Positions 17,215 through 27,341 of a stretch of 64,000 nt of DNA are shown one piece after another (positions within the stretch are counted from its first letter, which is position 1; the number at the start of each line of letters is the position of its first letter). Source of the DNA: Bacteroidales bacterium (GTDB lineage Bacteria; Bacteroidota; Bacteroidia; Bacteroidales; ML635J-15); the NCBI GenBank assembly GCA_035343375.1, contig DAOQYW010000011.1:1178-65177 (forward strand), in the 5' to 3' direction. The position numbers and the translations under genes are program-made. Below the pieces are notes generated by a model. It worked only from the letters and a program-made list of their open reading frames with translations, was not told the origin of the DNA and did not search any database.

Positions 17215-18570
17215 ATGCAAAAAGCTAAAACAGTTTTTGTTTGTCAAAACTGTGGATATACAAGCCCAAAGTGGGCAGGCAAGTGTTCCAACTGCAATAG
17301 TTGGAATTCTTTTATTGAAGAAATTGTAATTAAAGAAGATAAAACAAAAGGGGATTTGTCAAATATTGTCGCAGGTAATCCCCAAAAAATTGATGATATT
17401 AAACAGAGCTATTTTAAGAGAATTGATTTATATTATTCCGAATTAAACAGAGTGCTTGGAGGCGGTTTAGTACCGGGATCACTTGTTCTAATTGGTGGCG
17501 AACCGGGTATAGGAAAATCTACGCTAATATTACAATCTGTACTAAATTTATCAGGAATAAAGATTTTATATATTTCAGGTGAAGAAAGTGAAACACAAAT
17601 TAAACTTCGGGCAGATAGGATTGGGATTCATAATACGGAATGTTATATATATACCGAAACAAATATTGAAAAAATTCTTGCTACCATTAAAAGTTTGAGC
17701 CCTAACATAGTTATTATAGATTCTGTTCAAACTGTTGCCTCGACAGATCTTAGCTCATCACCCGGGACTGTTTCGCAAATAAGAGAATGTACAAGGCAAT
17801 TACAGGAATTCGCAAAAGAGACAGCTACTCCAATAATATTAATTGGTCATATTAATAAAGAAGGTGATATTGCCGGACCAATGTCTTTGGAACATATTGT
17901 TGATGTAGTATTACAGTTTGAAGGAGACAATAATTATTTTTACAGGATTCTCAGACCAAAGAAAAACAGATTTGGTTCAACTTTCGAAATAGGTGTATTT
18001 GAAATGAACAATGAGGGAATAAAAGAGATTACAGATCCTGGCAATATACTTTTAACCGGCGACAACTCTAATTTGAGCGGAGTTGCATTTGGAACAATTT
18101 CAGAAGGCAACAGAAGTTTACTAATAGAGATTCAAGCACTTGTTGGAAATGCTGTTTTCAGTTCACCACAAAGAAACGCAACAGGGTTTGACTCGAGACG
18201 ATTTCAAATGTTGTTAGCTGTAGTAGAAAAGCGTCTAGGCCTTAAACTAATACAAAAAGATGTATTTCTGAATATTGCCGGTGGATTAAAGATTAATGAT
18301 CCTGCTTCTGATTTGGCAGTAATTGCAGCAGTGATTTCTTCATACTTTGATAAAATTTTAAAAGAAAGTTCTTGCTTTGTTGGTGAAGTCGGTTTATCAG
18401 GACAGATTAGGCCTGTTTCATTTATTGATAAAAGAGTCAGCGAGGCTCAAAGACTAGGTTTTAATAATATATTTATATCTGCAACTCAAAAATCAGAAGT
18501 AAAGTCCAAAACTTCTAAAATTATTCCTGTTAGTGACATTAAAGATTTTGCGTCAAAGATTTTTCGCTAA
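17215..18570 (+). CDS. radA: DNA repair protein RadA
   Basis: 451 aa. Zinc finger CQNCGYTSPKWAGKCSNCNSW, Walker A GGEPGIGKST, KNRFG motif, and a Lon-like C-terminal domain. Confidence 0.95.
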   Translation: MQKAKTVFVCQNCGYTSPKWAGKCSNCNSWNSFIEEIVIKEDKTKGDLSNIVAGNPQKIDDIKQSYFKRIDLYYSELNRVLGGGLVPGSLVLIGGEPGIGKSTLILQSVLNLSGIKILYISGEESETQIKLRADRIGIHNTECYIYTETNIEKILATIKSLSPNIVIIDSVQTVASTDLSSSPGTVSQIRECTRQLQEFAKETATPIILIGHINKEGDIAGPMSLEHIVDVVLQFEGDNNYFYRILRPKKNRFGSTFEIGVFEMNNEGIKEITDPGNILLTGDNSNLSGVAFGTISEGNRSLLIEIQALVGNAVFSSPQRNATGFDSRRFQMLLAVVEKRLGLKLIQKDVFLNIAGGLKINDPASDLAVIAAVISSYFDKILKESSCFVGEVGLSGQIRPVSFIDKRVSEAQRLGFNNIFISATQKSEVKSKTSKIIPVSDIKDFASKIFR

Positions 18571-18573
18571 TAT

Positions 18574-20925
18574 TTACATATTATTAAAATCACCTGTTTT
18601 GTTATTTCTATCGTATTCGGCACAATCTATTTCTACAGGTAATTTATTCGGTTTTTCGAAATGAGCATCCCTTGAATAAGGAAGGTTCGGGTCATCATAG
18701 ACTTTTTGCATATATAAGCCCCAAATTGGTAAAGCCAATGATGCTCCCTGACCTAATGTAATATATCTAAATCTTATACTTCTTTCTTCACCTCCTACCC
18801 AAGCTCCGTTAGTTAATTCTGGTGAAACTCCAATAAACCATCCATCCGAATGATTATTTGTTGTACCTGTTTTACCTGCTAATTCACTATTAATATTATA
18901 GACAAATCTTAATCTTGATCCGGTTCCTTCATTTATTACACCCTTCATCAAGTCGATCATCAGATAAGCTGTTTCTTCGCTCAAAGCTTCAGACTGTATC
19001 GGCAAAAACGTAGCTAATACATTTCCATTTTCATCTTCAATTCTTGTAACATACATCGGCCTTGTATAAATGCCTTTATTTCCAAATGTACAATAGGCAC
19101 CAACCATTTCACTTAACAGCACTTCTGCAGCCCCCACACAAATTGACGGGAATGGATCTATATGACTGTAAACGCCCATTTTTTTCGCAATCGAAATTAC
19201 TGCTTGAGGGGAGAACTGTTTTAACACCCATGCAGAAATTTGATTTAGCGACAAAGCCAATCCTGTTTTGAGGCTTATTATTTCTCCATCAAGTTTTGAA
19301 GGAGAGTATTTTGGAGTATAGTATTCTTTTGGTGAACCTTTGGGTAATTTAAAAGTTACCTCAACATTCGGAACTTTTGTACATGGAGAATATCCATTTT
19401 GCATAGCCAAACAATATATAAATGGTTTAATTGTAGAACCAACCTGCCTTCTGGATTTAACAACCTGATCAAATTTAAAATGAGAATAATCAATACCCCC
19501 TACATAAGCCCTAACATAACCCGTCCGTGTTTCCATTGACATAAAACCAGCACGCAAAAACATTTTATAATACTTAATAGAATCCATCGGAGTCATAACG
19601 GTATCAATATCTCCATTCCAAGAGAAAACCCTCATTTTAGTAGGTTCATTAAAAGACATAATTATGGAATCCTCGGAACACCCATTTGCCCTAAGTTCTC
19701 TCCATCTGTCACTACGCCGCATTGATGCATACATAATTTGTTCAATCTCAGCATCAGTCATTGTTGATGCAAATGGAGCCTTTTTATTACTCTTTTGATC
19801 TTTGTAAAACTCAACTTGTATATATCCCCCGATATGTTGTTTTACTGCTTCTTCGGCATATTTTTGCATTCTACTGTTTATCGTTGAGTAAATTTGTAAG
19901 CCATCACTATATATATCATATGGCGTTCCATCAGGTTTTGTATTTTTATTGCACCATCCATAAGAAGGATCTATTGCCCAATTTATCGAATCCTCTATAT
20001 ACTCTCTCATATCTACATAATCATTAATATTTGGCTGCTTTGCAGTTAGCCATTGTCTCAAAAACTCTCTAAAATAAGTTGCAGAACCAATATTATGATC
20101 AACTTTCTGATATTTCAAATCCAAAGGCCTTTCAATCAATGAATCAAACTCAGCCTTAGTTATATAATCATATTTATACATTTGTCCCAAAACAACATTT
20201 CTACGATGAAGAGTTTGCTCGGGTCTTTTTAATGGATTATACAAGGATGGATTTTTTGCCATACCAACCAACATGGCAGATTGAGTAATATTAAGACCTC
20301 CGGGAGTTGTGTCAAAATAAACTCTTGCAGCAGATTCGATCCCAACAGCCAAATTAAGAAAGTCAAATTTATTTAAGTACATTTCGATTATCTCTTCCTT
20401 AGTATAGCTTCTTTCTAATTTTACGGCAATAATCCATTCCTGGAATTTTCTGTTAGCCATTTGAATTTTGCTCATATTTTCCTGTCGAGGGAAGAGCATC
20501 TTAGCCAATTGTTGAGTAATTGTACTCCCTCCACCTTTAGATCCTCCACCTATCATTCCCGTAAAAACTCTAGGTAAAGCTTTGAAATCTATTCCCGAAT
20601 GTTTATAAAATCTAACATCTTCTGTCGCGATTAACGCATCTATTAAATAAGGAGATAAATCATTATAAGATACTCTAGAACGATTTTCTCTAAAATATGT
20701 CCCGAGCAAAATTAAATCACTTGAGTAAACTTTTGATGCAAGATTATCCTCAGGATTTTCGAGTTGTTCAAAAGTAGGCATTTCACCAAATGTACCTCTA
20801 GCAATAAGGAAGAAATAAGTAGATAAACCTAAAACGAATAATAATATTACTGCCCAAAAAGTAATTGTAAATTTTTTAACAAACTTGGAAGAATATATTA
20901 CTTTTGCACTTTTTAACTTTTTCAT
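18574..20925 (-). CDS. mrcA: Bifunctional class A penicillin-binding protein (PBP1A-type transglycosylase/transpeptidase)
   Basis: 783 aa with an N-terminal TM. GT51 motifs ATEDVRFYKHSGID, GGSTITQQLAK, and RKFQEW. Transpeptidase motifs STIKPF and KTGTT. Confidence 0.9.
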   Translation of the reverse strand: MKKLKSAKVIYSSKFVKKFTITFWAVILLFVLGLSTYFFLIARGTFGEMPTFEQLENPEDNLASKVYSSDLILLGTYFRENRSRVSYNDLSPYLIDALIATEDVRFYKHSGIDFKALPRVFTGMIGGGSKGGGSTITQQLAKMLFPRQENMSKIQMANRKFQEWIIAVKLERSYTKEEIIEMYLNKFDFLNLAVGIESAARVYFDTTPGGLNITQSAMLVGMAKNPSLYNPLKRPEQTLHRRNVVLGQMYKYDYITKAEFDSLIERPLDLKYQKVDHNIGSATYFREFLRQWLTAKQPNINDYVDMREYIEDSINWAIDPSYGWCNKNTKPDGTPYDIYSDGLQIYSTINSRMQKYAEEAVKQHIGGYIQVEFYKDQKSNKKAPFASTMTDAEIEQIMYASMRRSDRWRELRANGCSEDSIIMSFNEPTKMRVFSWNGDIDTVMTPMDSIKYYKMFLRAGFMSMETRTGYVRAYVGGIDYSHFKFDQVVKSRRQVGSTIKPFIYCLAMQNGYSPCTKVPNVEVTFKLPKGSPKEYYTPKYSPSKLDGEIISLKTGLALSLNQISAWVLKQFSPQAVISIAKKMGVYSHIDPFPSICVGAAEVLLSEMVGAYCTFGNKGIYTRPMYVTRIEDENGNVLATFLPIQSEALSEETAYLMIDLMKGVINEGTGSRLRFVYNINSELAGKTGTTNNHSDGWFIGVSPELTNGAWVGGEERSIRFRYITLGQGASLALPIWGLYMQKVYDDPNLPYSRDAHFEKPNKLPVEIDCAEYDRNNKTGDFNNM

Positions 20926-21015
20926 AAATTCAAAAATTATGGCGTAAAATTAAAAAAATTAATGAAAACATTATTGAATTTCTTTATTTTGCAAACGATA
21001 AATTTTACTTTTTAG

Positions 21016-23286
21016 ATGGAGAATAATCTTGTTATTGTTGAATCACCAGCCAAAGCTAAAACTATAAAAAAGTTTTTGGGTGAAGATTTTATTGTTAAAT
21101 CGAGTTTTGGACATATTAGAGATTTAAGCAAAAAAAATCTGGGTATAGATGTTAATAATGGTTTTTTACCTGAATATGAAATTCCTATTGAAAAGAAAAA
21201 AGTTGTATCAGAGCTAAAGAAAATTGCCACACAAACAAAAACTGTTTGGTTAGCTTCCGATGAAGACCGTGAAGGAGAAGCGATTTCATGGCATTTATTT
21301 GAAGTCCTGAAACTAAAAAAATCAGATACAAAACGTATAGTTTTTCATGAAATTACTAAATCGGCAATTCAAAATGCAATTGAAAACCCTCGTGAGATTG
21401 ATATAAACCTTGTTAATGCACAACAAGCACGTAGAATTTTGGACAGACTTGTTGGTTTTAGTCTTTCTCCATTACTATGGAAAAAAATCAAGCCCGCTTT
21501 ATCTGCCGGAAGAGTTCAATCTGTCGCAGTTAGGTTAATCGTTGAGAGGGAACGAGAAATAACTGGTTTTAAATCTATTTCATCATTCAAAATTTTTGGT
21601 ATTTTTACAATAAACGGTGATACTGTTAAAGCTGAATTGAATCAAAAATTTAAAAATATTGAGGATGCTAAATCCTTTTTAAAGAGCTGTATAAATCAAG
21701 AATTCCACATTGAAGATATTGTGAAAAAAGCTGGAAAAAAATCACCTGCTCCACCTTTTACAACATCAACGCTACAACAAGAAGCAGGACGTAAATTAGG
21801 TTTTTCTGTTAATCAAACAATGAAATTTGCTCAAAGTTTATACGAAAACGGATTTATCACTTACATGAGAACAGACTCTGTTAATATGTCAAATCTAGCC
21901 ATAGGAAGTATAAAAAACCTTATTACTAACAGTTACGGAGACGATTACTTAAAAATAAGAAAATACGAAAACAAAATTAAAGGTGCACAAGAAGCTCATG
22001 AAGCAATTCGGCCAACTTATATAGAAAACGAAACAATTGAAGCCGGCAAACAAGAACAGCGTTTATATGATTTAATCAGGAAAAGAGCAATTGCTTCACA
22101 AATGCAAGATGCCAAAATTGAAAAGACTATTATTACTATTAATAATAATGATAATAAAATTGTTTTTACAGCTAGTGGAGAAATAATTACGTTTGAAGGC
22201 TTTCTTAAATTATATACAGAGTCATCTGATGAAGAAAACGGTGATGAAAAAGAATGCATACTTCCAAATGTAAAAAAAGGCGAGAAGGCAATTGCTTCTA
22301 CAATCGAAGCAATTGAAAAATATGATCAGCCTCCATATCGCTACACCGAAGCAAGTTTGGTTAAAAAACTTGAAGAATTGGGAATTGGAAGACCTTCTAC
22401 TTATGCACCAACAATTTCAACTATTCAACAACGTGAATATGTTGTTAAAGAGTCAAGACAGGCTCTTTCCCGCAAAATAAACACTTTGACATTGAAGGAT
22501 AATAAGATAATTGAAAATACCATTTCTGAAAAATTTGGAGCTGAATCTAACAAACTATTTCCTACCTCAATGGGAGTAGTTGTAACAGACTATCTTATTG
22601 GTCATTTCGATGATATCCTAGACTATAGCTTTACTGCGCAAATTGAAGAGAAATTTGACGACATAGCTATCGGTAAAGTTTCTTGGGATAAAATGATTAG
22701 TGAATTCTACAAAAAATTTAATGTTAAGGTAGAACAAAGTCTTAAAGAAAAAGAAAACACTAAATGGGAAAAAACAATCGGCAATCATCCTGAAACAGGT
22801 TTACCAATTGTTTTGAAAATTGGCAAATATGGGCCTTACGCATCAATTGAAAATAAGGAAAAACCTATTTATGCAAGTCTAAGAAAAAACCAAAACGTTG
22901 AAAGTATTACTCTTGAAGAAGTTTTAGATTTGTTCAAGCTCCCTCGAAATATCGGAACTTATGAAAATGATGATATAATAATTTCTCTTGGAAAATATGG
23001 CCCTTACATTAAAAATAATGGTGCATTTTTTAGTTTAACAAAAAAAGATGATCCTTATACCATTAATATTAACAGAGCTATCGAAATAATTCAAGAAAAA
23101 AAGTCGAAAGGAAGCGAAGTTTTTAACAGAACTTTCGATGAAATTCCGGGTTTACGCATTATGAAAGGTAAATATGGCCCTTATATTTCGTATGAAAATA
23201 AAAATTATCGTATTCCGAAGACTTATGATCCAGAAACTATAACTTTGGAAGAATGTAAACAAATTATTTCTAAGAAAAACGCGTAA
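21016..23286 (+). CDS. topA: DNA topoisomerase I
   Basis: 756 aa. TOPRIM LVIVESPAKAKTIKKFLG, DEDREGEAISWH, catalytic region ITYMRTDS, and repeated C-terminal GKYGPY modules. Confidence 0.95.
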   Translation: MENNLVIVESPAKAKTIKKFLGEDFIVKSSFGHIRDLSKKNLGIDVNNGFLPEYEIPIEKKKVVSELKKIATQTKTVWLASDEDREGEAISWHLFEVLKLKKSDTKRIVFHEITKSAIQNAIENPREIDINLVNAQQARRILDRLVGFSLSPLLWKKIKPALSAGRVQSVAVRLIVEREREITGFKSISSFKIFGIFTINGDTVKAELNQKFKNIEDAKSFLKSCINQEFHIEDIVKKAGKKSPAPPFTTSTLQQEAGRKLGFSVNQTMKFAQSLYENGFITYMRTDSVNMSNLAIGSIKNLITNSYGDDYLKIRKYENKIKGAQEAHEAIRPTYIENETIEAGKQEQRLYDLIRKRAIASQMQDAKIEKTIITINNNDNKIVFTASGEIITFEGFLKLYTESSDEENGDEKECILPNVKKGEKAIASTIEAIEKYDQPPYRYTEASLVKKLEELGIGRPSTYAPTISTIQQREYVVKESRQALSRKINTLTLKDNKIIENTISEKFGAESNKLFPTSMGVVVTDYLIGHFDDILDYSFTAQIEEKFDDIAIGKVSWDKMISEFYKKFNVKVEQSLKEKENTKWEKTIGNHPETGLPIVLKIGKYGPYASIENKEKPIYASLRKNQNVESITLEEVLDLFKLPRNIGTYENDDIIISLGKYGPYIKNNGAFFSLTKKDDPYTININRAIEIIQEKKSKGSEVFNRTFDEIPGLRIMKGKYGPYISYENKNYRIPKTYDPETITLEECKQIISKKNA

Positions 23287-23498
23287 TTGCACAAATCACT
23301 GAATATCAATTGATTACGATATTTATCATATTACAAACAACATGATAAATGTCATGTTATTACAGAAACATATATAATAATACAATATAGAATTGCGTTA
23401 TTTTAATGAAAAAAAAATATTTTTTAATTTTATAGTGTTATTTTAAAAAAAAAATATAACTTTCGCAATTTGAAATTTATCACTATAGATGATAAAAT

Positions 23499-23506
23499 TA
23501 TTTTTG
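23499..23506 (+). promoter_or_regulatory. Candidate -7 box (TATTTTTG) upstream of porP
   Basis: Exact TAnnTTTG match 131 nt upstream of ATG 23637. A TTTG lies at 23469-23472, but the spacing (26 nt) is longer than the usual one. Confidence 0.25.
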
Positions 23507-23559
23507 AAGTTATTAACAATTTTTACACTTATTAACAAAAAAATGTTAAAAAAATTTGG

Positions 23560-23600
23560 AAAAAAAAAAAAAAGTGTTTTTTTTACCAATTAAAAATTGG
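23560..23600. repeat. Homopolymer pair A14-GTG-T8 followed by palindrome CCAATT-AAA-AATTGG in the porP leader
   Basis: Read directly: A run 23560-23573, GTG, T run 23577-23584, then CCAATTAAAAATTGG at 23586-23600. It ends 37 nt before the porP ATG. Confidence 0.9.
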
Positions 23601-23636
23601 GAGTTAAGTATTGAAAGTGACAAATTGAATTATATT

Positions 23637-24578
23637 ATGAGGAGATTAATACTACTGATTATTGTTTTTACGGGAATATTTATAAATTATTCTTATTCTC
23701 AGGTTGACTCTCATTTCAGCTTGTTTGAATATTCACAGAACATATATAACCCCGGAGCAGCAGGGAGTAATAACGCTATGTGCGTAACAAGCTTACATCG
23801 TCAACAGTGGGTAGGTTGGCCAGAAGGAAGACCTCAAACAACATTATTTTCATTTGACATGCCTTTAGCTGATGTTTTGGGAGTTGGTTTAAATATCAAT
23901 CAAGATATTCTAGGATTTCAACAAGATTTAAATATAAGTGCTAATGTTGCATACAGGGTAGAGCTTGATCCGGGGATGCTAGGAGTAGGTATTGGCATAG
24001 GAATTATTAATAGAGCCATTGATGGAAATTGGATAACATGGCAATCTTTGACAGGAGGGACAGTATATCAAGATCCAGCAGTTCCACATATGGACAATAA
24101 AATTGCATTTGACATGAACTTTGGTGCAACTTTAGTTGGTGATGATTTTTGGATTGGCATTTCCACAACCCATTTATTAAGACCTACAATTAATTTTGAA
24201 GTTGAATTGCCAAGTTACATTTCTCGCCATTATTATTTAGTTGGCGGATATAATTATTCATTACCCAATCCGTCATTTGATTTAGTTGGTACTGGAATGG
24301 TTTTATCAGATGGAAGTACCGTTGAATTTCAAGTAAACGCAAAAATTTTATATAACAAAAGTTTCTGGGGTGGATTGTCGTACAGATATAACGATGCAAT
24401 AGTTCCAATGATCGGAGTACATTTGATTAATGGTCTTAGTATTGGATACAGCTACGATATAGTAACTTCAAAGGTCGGTTCGTACAATAGCGGGTCACAC
24501 GAATTGATGGTCAGATATTGCTTCAATCTTAAAGGAGGTAAAACCCCTGGAAGATATAGAAGTGTGAGAAGATTGTAA
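23637..24578 (+). CDS. porP: PorP/SprF-family T9SS outer-membrane protein
   Basis: MRRLILLIIVFTGIFINYSYSQVDSHFSLFEYSQNIYNPGAAG matches the PorP/SprF N-terminal signature (Q-x-D-x-x-FS-x-Y...NPA-x-AG). The body is beta-barrel-like and the C-terminus reads SHELMVRYCF. I place the start at ATG 23637, because the track start at 23556 is a TTG that reads through the A-tract. Confidence 0.8.
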   Translation: MRRLILLIIVFTGIFINYSYSQVDSHFSLFEYSQNIYNPGAAGSNNAMCVTSLHRQQWVGWPEGRPQTTLFSFDMPLADVLGVGLNINQDILGFQQDLNISANVAYRVELDPGMLGVGIGIGIINRAIDGNWITWQSLTGGTVYQDPAVPHMDNKIAFDMNFGATLVGDDFWIGISTTHLLRPTINFEVELPSYISRHYYLVGGYNYSLPNPSFDLVGTGMVLSDGSTVEFQVNAKILYNKSFWGGLSYRYNDAIVPMIGVHLINGLSIGYSYDIVTSKVGSYNSGSHELMVRYCFNLKGGKTPGRYRSVRRL

Positions 24579-24631
24579 CTATTTAAATATTATTACGTAA
24601 AAACAAGACGCAAAATAAAAAATGTATAATT

Positions 24632-26299
24632 ATGAGAAAGCTACTCATCATCAGTACAATAATCATTATCTTCTTAAGTAGTTGTGGATACTACGGAAGT
24701 GGTGAATTAACCGGAATTGACAGAAAATTATGGTATACTCCGGATCCTTACGGAATGTTGTTTATTCCTCCCGGCACATATCAGATGGGACCAAGTGATC
24801 AGGATGTCCCTTATTCTATGACTGCTCAATCAAAAACAGTTACTATTCAAGGTTTTTGGATGGATGAAACAGAGATTACAAACTCTGAATACAGACAATT
24901 CGTTGTTTGGGTTAGAGACTCAATGGCTTTAACAGTTTTAGGTAAAGAAACTAAGAATAGTGTTGATTTTGGTGATATAAGCACAAAGAAAGCGTATCAA
25001 CCTATAGATTTTATTATTGATGATACAGATGTAACTGAAGAAGAAACTAATTTCATCACTAATATGTATGAAAATGGTGAATTTGATTTTGACGACTATG
25101 ATAACACTAATTTTCTTGATTGGCTTGGTCCTCTTGACTTTGAAGATCTTGAAATAAAAGGTATTTTAATTAAAAATGAAATCCCAAATAATTTTAATCA
25201 AACTTTATATTTGTTACCTCCAGCTGAATTATATCATTTTATGCGTCAAATTGATTTAAATACTGATGCACTTTACTATGAATACTTTTGGATTGATTTA
25301 AAACAAGCTGCAGAGAAACACACTTTTAAACCTGGTGGAACACAAGCCGGCGGAGTTAACCAAGATGTTGCTAGAACTTTTAGTCGTCAGGGAGATCATG
25401 GTTTAAGAATTGGTCGTCATTTTAATCCTGAAACAGGCCAGTATGAAGGACAAATTTCTGATCGCGAAGTAATGGATGAAGACAGACCATGGGATGATTT
25501 TGCAGACAGAGAAGTCAGAAATTATGATGGAAAAACTGATGCAGGAAGACAAGGTGGAAGGTATAGTTATTATATGCATGAAAAAGTTCATATTTATCCT
25601 GACACATTATGTTGGATAAGCGATTTTACTTATTCATATAATGAACCTATGACAAAAATGTATTTTTGGCACCCTGCATATGATTATTATCCAGTTGTTG
25701 GAGTTAGTTGGGTTCAAGCAAATGCATTCTGTATGTGGCGTACAATGTTAAAAAATGCATACCAAAGAACAACAAGAGATTATTATCTTAATGAATACAG
25801 ACTTCCTACAGAATCTGAATGGGAATATGCTGCACGCGGTGGTCTTGATTTGTCTATGTATCCTTGGGGTGGTTTATACACACGTAATTATAGTGGTTGT
25901 TTTATTGCAAACTTTAAACCAATGAGAGGTAACTATTATGATGACGGCGGTGTTCAAACTCTTATGGTAGCAAGTTATGACCCAAACGAATGGGGCTTGT
26001 ATGATATGGCAGGAAACGTTGCAGAATGGACAAGTAATGCCTTTGATGAATCAGCTTACAGCTTTACTCATGACCTAAATCCTGATTATCAATATTATGC
26101 TCATCCTGATGATCCTCCGGCAAAAAAACGTAAAGTTATCAGAGGCGGTTCTTGGAAAGATGTTGCATATTATATGCAAAACGGAACACGTACCTATGAA
26201 TTTCAGGATTCGGCAAAGAGCTACATTGGATTCAGATGCGTAAAAACATATTTAGGAAGACATAGAGCTGATGGAACATCATATTCACAAGTATATTAA
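24632..26299 (+). CDS. porK: T9SS ring lipoprotein PorK/GldK (FGE-sulfatase-fold domain)
   Basis: 555 aa. Lipobox LSSCGYYGSGELTG, FWMDETEITNSEYRQF, YPDTLCWISDFTYSYNEPM, YPVVGVSWVQANAFCMWR, RLPTESEWEYAARGG, RGGSWKD, and YIGFRCV. Confidence 0.9.
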   Translation: MRKLLIISTIIIIFLSSCGYYGSGELTGIDRKLWYTPDPYGMLFIPPGTYQMGPSDQDVPYSMTAQSKTVTIQGFWMDETEITNSEYRQFVVWVRDSMALTVLGKETKNSVDFGDISTKKAYQPIDFIIDDTDVTEEETNFITNMYENGEFDFDDYDNTNFLDWLGPLDFEDLEIKGILIKNEIPNNFNQTLYLLPPAELYHFMRQIDLNTDALYYEYFWIDLKQAAEKHTFKPGGTQAGGVNQDVARTFSRQGDHGLRIGRHFNPETGQYEGQISDREVMDEDRPWDDFADREVRNYDGKTDAGRQGGRYSYYMHEKVHIYPDTLCWISDFTYSYNEPMTKMYFWHPAYDYYPVVGVSWVQANAFCMWRTMLKNAYQRTTRDYYLNEYRLPTESEWEYAARGGLDLSMYPWGGLYTRNYSGCFIANFKPMRGNYYDDGGVQTLMVASYDPNEWGLYDMAGNVAEWTSNAFDESAYSFTHDLNPDYQYYAHPDDPPAKKRKVIRGGSWKDVAYYMQNGTRTYEFQDSAKSYIGFRCVKTYLGRHRADGTSYSQVY

Positions 26300-26368
26300 T
26301 AATAAATATTGAAATTTTAATTTCGAGTATATATAAATAAATAGTATTAATTAAAAACTGACACGATT

Positions 26369-27295
26369 ATGAGCTTAAGTGAATTTACCTCAAGTAAGAA
26401 GTACAAAAAAATTATGGGATTTGTTTATGGATGGGGCGCAGCAATAGTTATGGTTGGTGCATTGTTCAAAATTCAGCACTACCCTGGAGCAGGTCCTATG
26501 TTGGTTATTGGTTTGTTAACAGAAGCTGTTATTTTCTTTTTATCAGCTTTCGAACCACCACATGAAGAAGTTGACTGGAGTTTAGTTTATCCTGAACTTG
26601 CAGGAGTATCAGAAGATTTAAATATTTCTGACAGAAAAAATGCGGTAAACACAAAGAAGTCAGCATTAGAGAAATTTGATGCTATGATAGAAAATGCAGA
26701 AATCACACCTGAATTATTTGAAAAATTAGGTCATGGATTAAAAAATCTTAATTCTACAACGGAAAAATTGCATGATGTATCAGATGCTGCTGTTGCTACT
26801 AATAATTATGTTGCTAATTTTGAAAAAGCATCAGAAAAAGTATCATCATTTGCAGATATGTATGGTAGTTCAGCTGAAAAATTAAATCAACAGGCTGATA
26901 AATTAGCTTCAACCTACGAAAAATCGGCTACAGTAGTTGGTACTTCAGGTGATGCACTTGCTTCTACTTACAATAAATTAATTGAGTCCATGAACAAAGA
27001 GTTGACTATGTCAACAGGTGAAAACAAAACATATAATGAGCAACTTAGCATAATGAATAAAAACCTGACAGCCCTAAATACTGTTTATGAATTACAATTA
27101 CAAGGTACTAACCAACAAATTGAAGCATCAAAAACATTATATAGTGGTCTAGATGAAATCCTTGCCAATATGAAACAATCAGCTGATGATACAAAGCGTT
27201 ATCGTGATGAAATCAGCAAATTGAGTCATAATCTTGCAGCAATGAATACCATTTATGGTAACATGCTTTCAGCGATGAATTTTAAGCAAGATTAA
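26369..27295 (+). CDS. porL: T9SS motor/stator component PorL/GldL
   Basis: 308 aa. N-terminus KKIMGFVYGWGAAIVMVGALFKIQHYPGAGPMLVIGLLTEAVIFFLSAFEPPHEEVDWSLVYPELAG matches the two-TM GldL/PorL signature. Coiled-coil-rich cytoplasmic tail. Confidence 0.9.
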   Translation: MSLSEFTSSKKYKKIMGFVYGWGAAIVMVGALFKIQHYPGAGPMLVIGLLTEAVIFFLSAFEPPHEEVDWSLVYPELAGVSEDLNISDRKNAVNTKKSALEKFDAMIENAEITPELFEKLGHGLKNLNSTTEKLHDVSDAAVATNNYVANFEKASEKVSSFADMYGSSAEKLNQQADKLASTYEKSATVVGTSGDALASTYNKLIESMNKELTMSTGENKTYNEQLSIMNKNLTALNTVYELQLQGTNQQIEASKTLYSGLDEILANMKQSADDTKRYRDEISKLSHNLAAMNTIYGNMLSAMNFKQD

Positions 27296-27341
27296 TTAAA
27301 TTAAGTAGATTATTATATGTTGAACATTAAAACTTAAATTT

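Noticed and set aside
23321-23350. Hairpin ATTTATCAT-N12-ATGATAAAT after topA as a terminator
   Set aside because: The stem is all A/T, the loop is 12 nt, and no T-tract follows. It is too weak to call and would be expected by chance in this composition.
23556-23636. N-terminal extension of the porP ORF (MEKKKKVFFLPIK...)
   Set aside because: It starts at a TTG, and its poly-Lys is simply the A14 tract read in frame. The signal-peptide-like MRRLILLIIVF begins at ATG 23637.
24950-25230. Acidic D/E/N-rich stretch in PorK as a possible lineage-specific insertion
   Set aside because: The central region of GldK/PorK is variable between lineages. Without an alignment I cannot show that this is an insertion, so I treat it as a low-complexity linker.
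24632-26299. FGE/sulfatase-modifying-factor domain as a sulfatase maturation enzyme
   Set aside because: The lipoprotein signal, the GldK/PorK signature motifs and the position directly upstream of porL-porM-porN identify it as the T9SS ring protein, not a formylglycine-generating enzyme.
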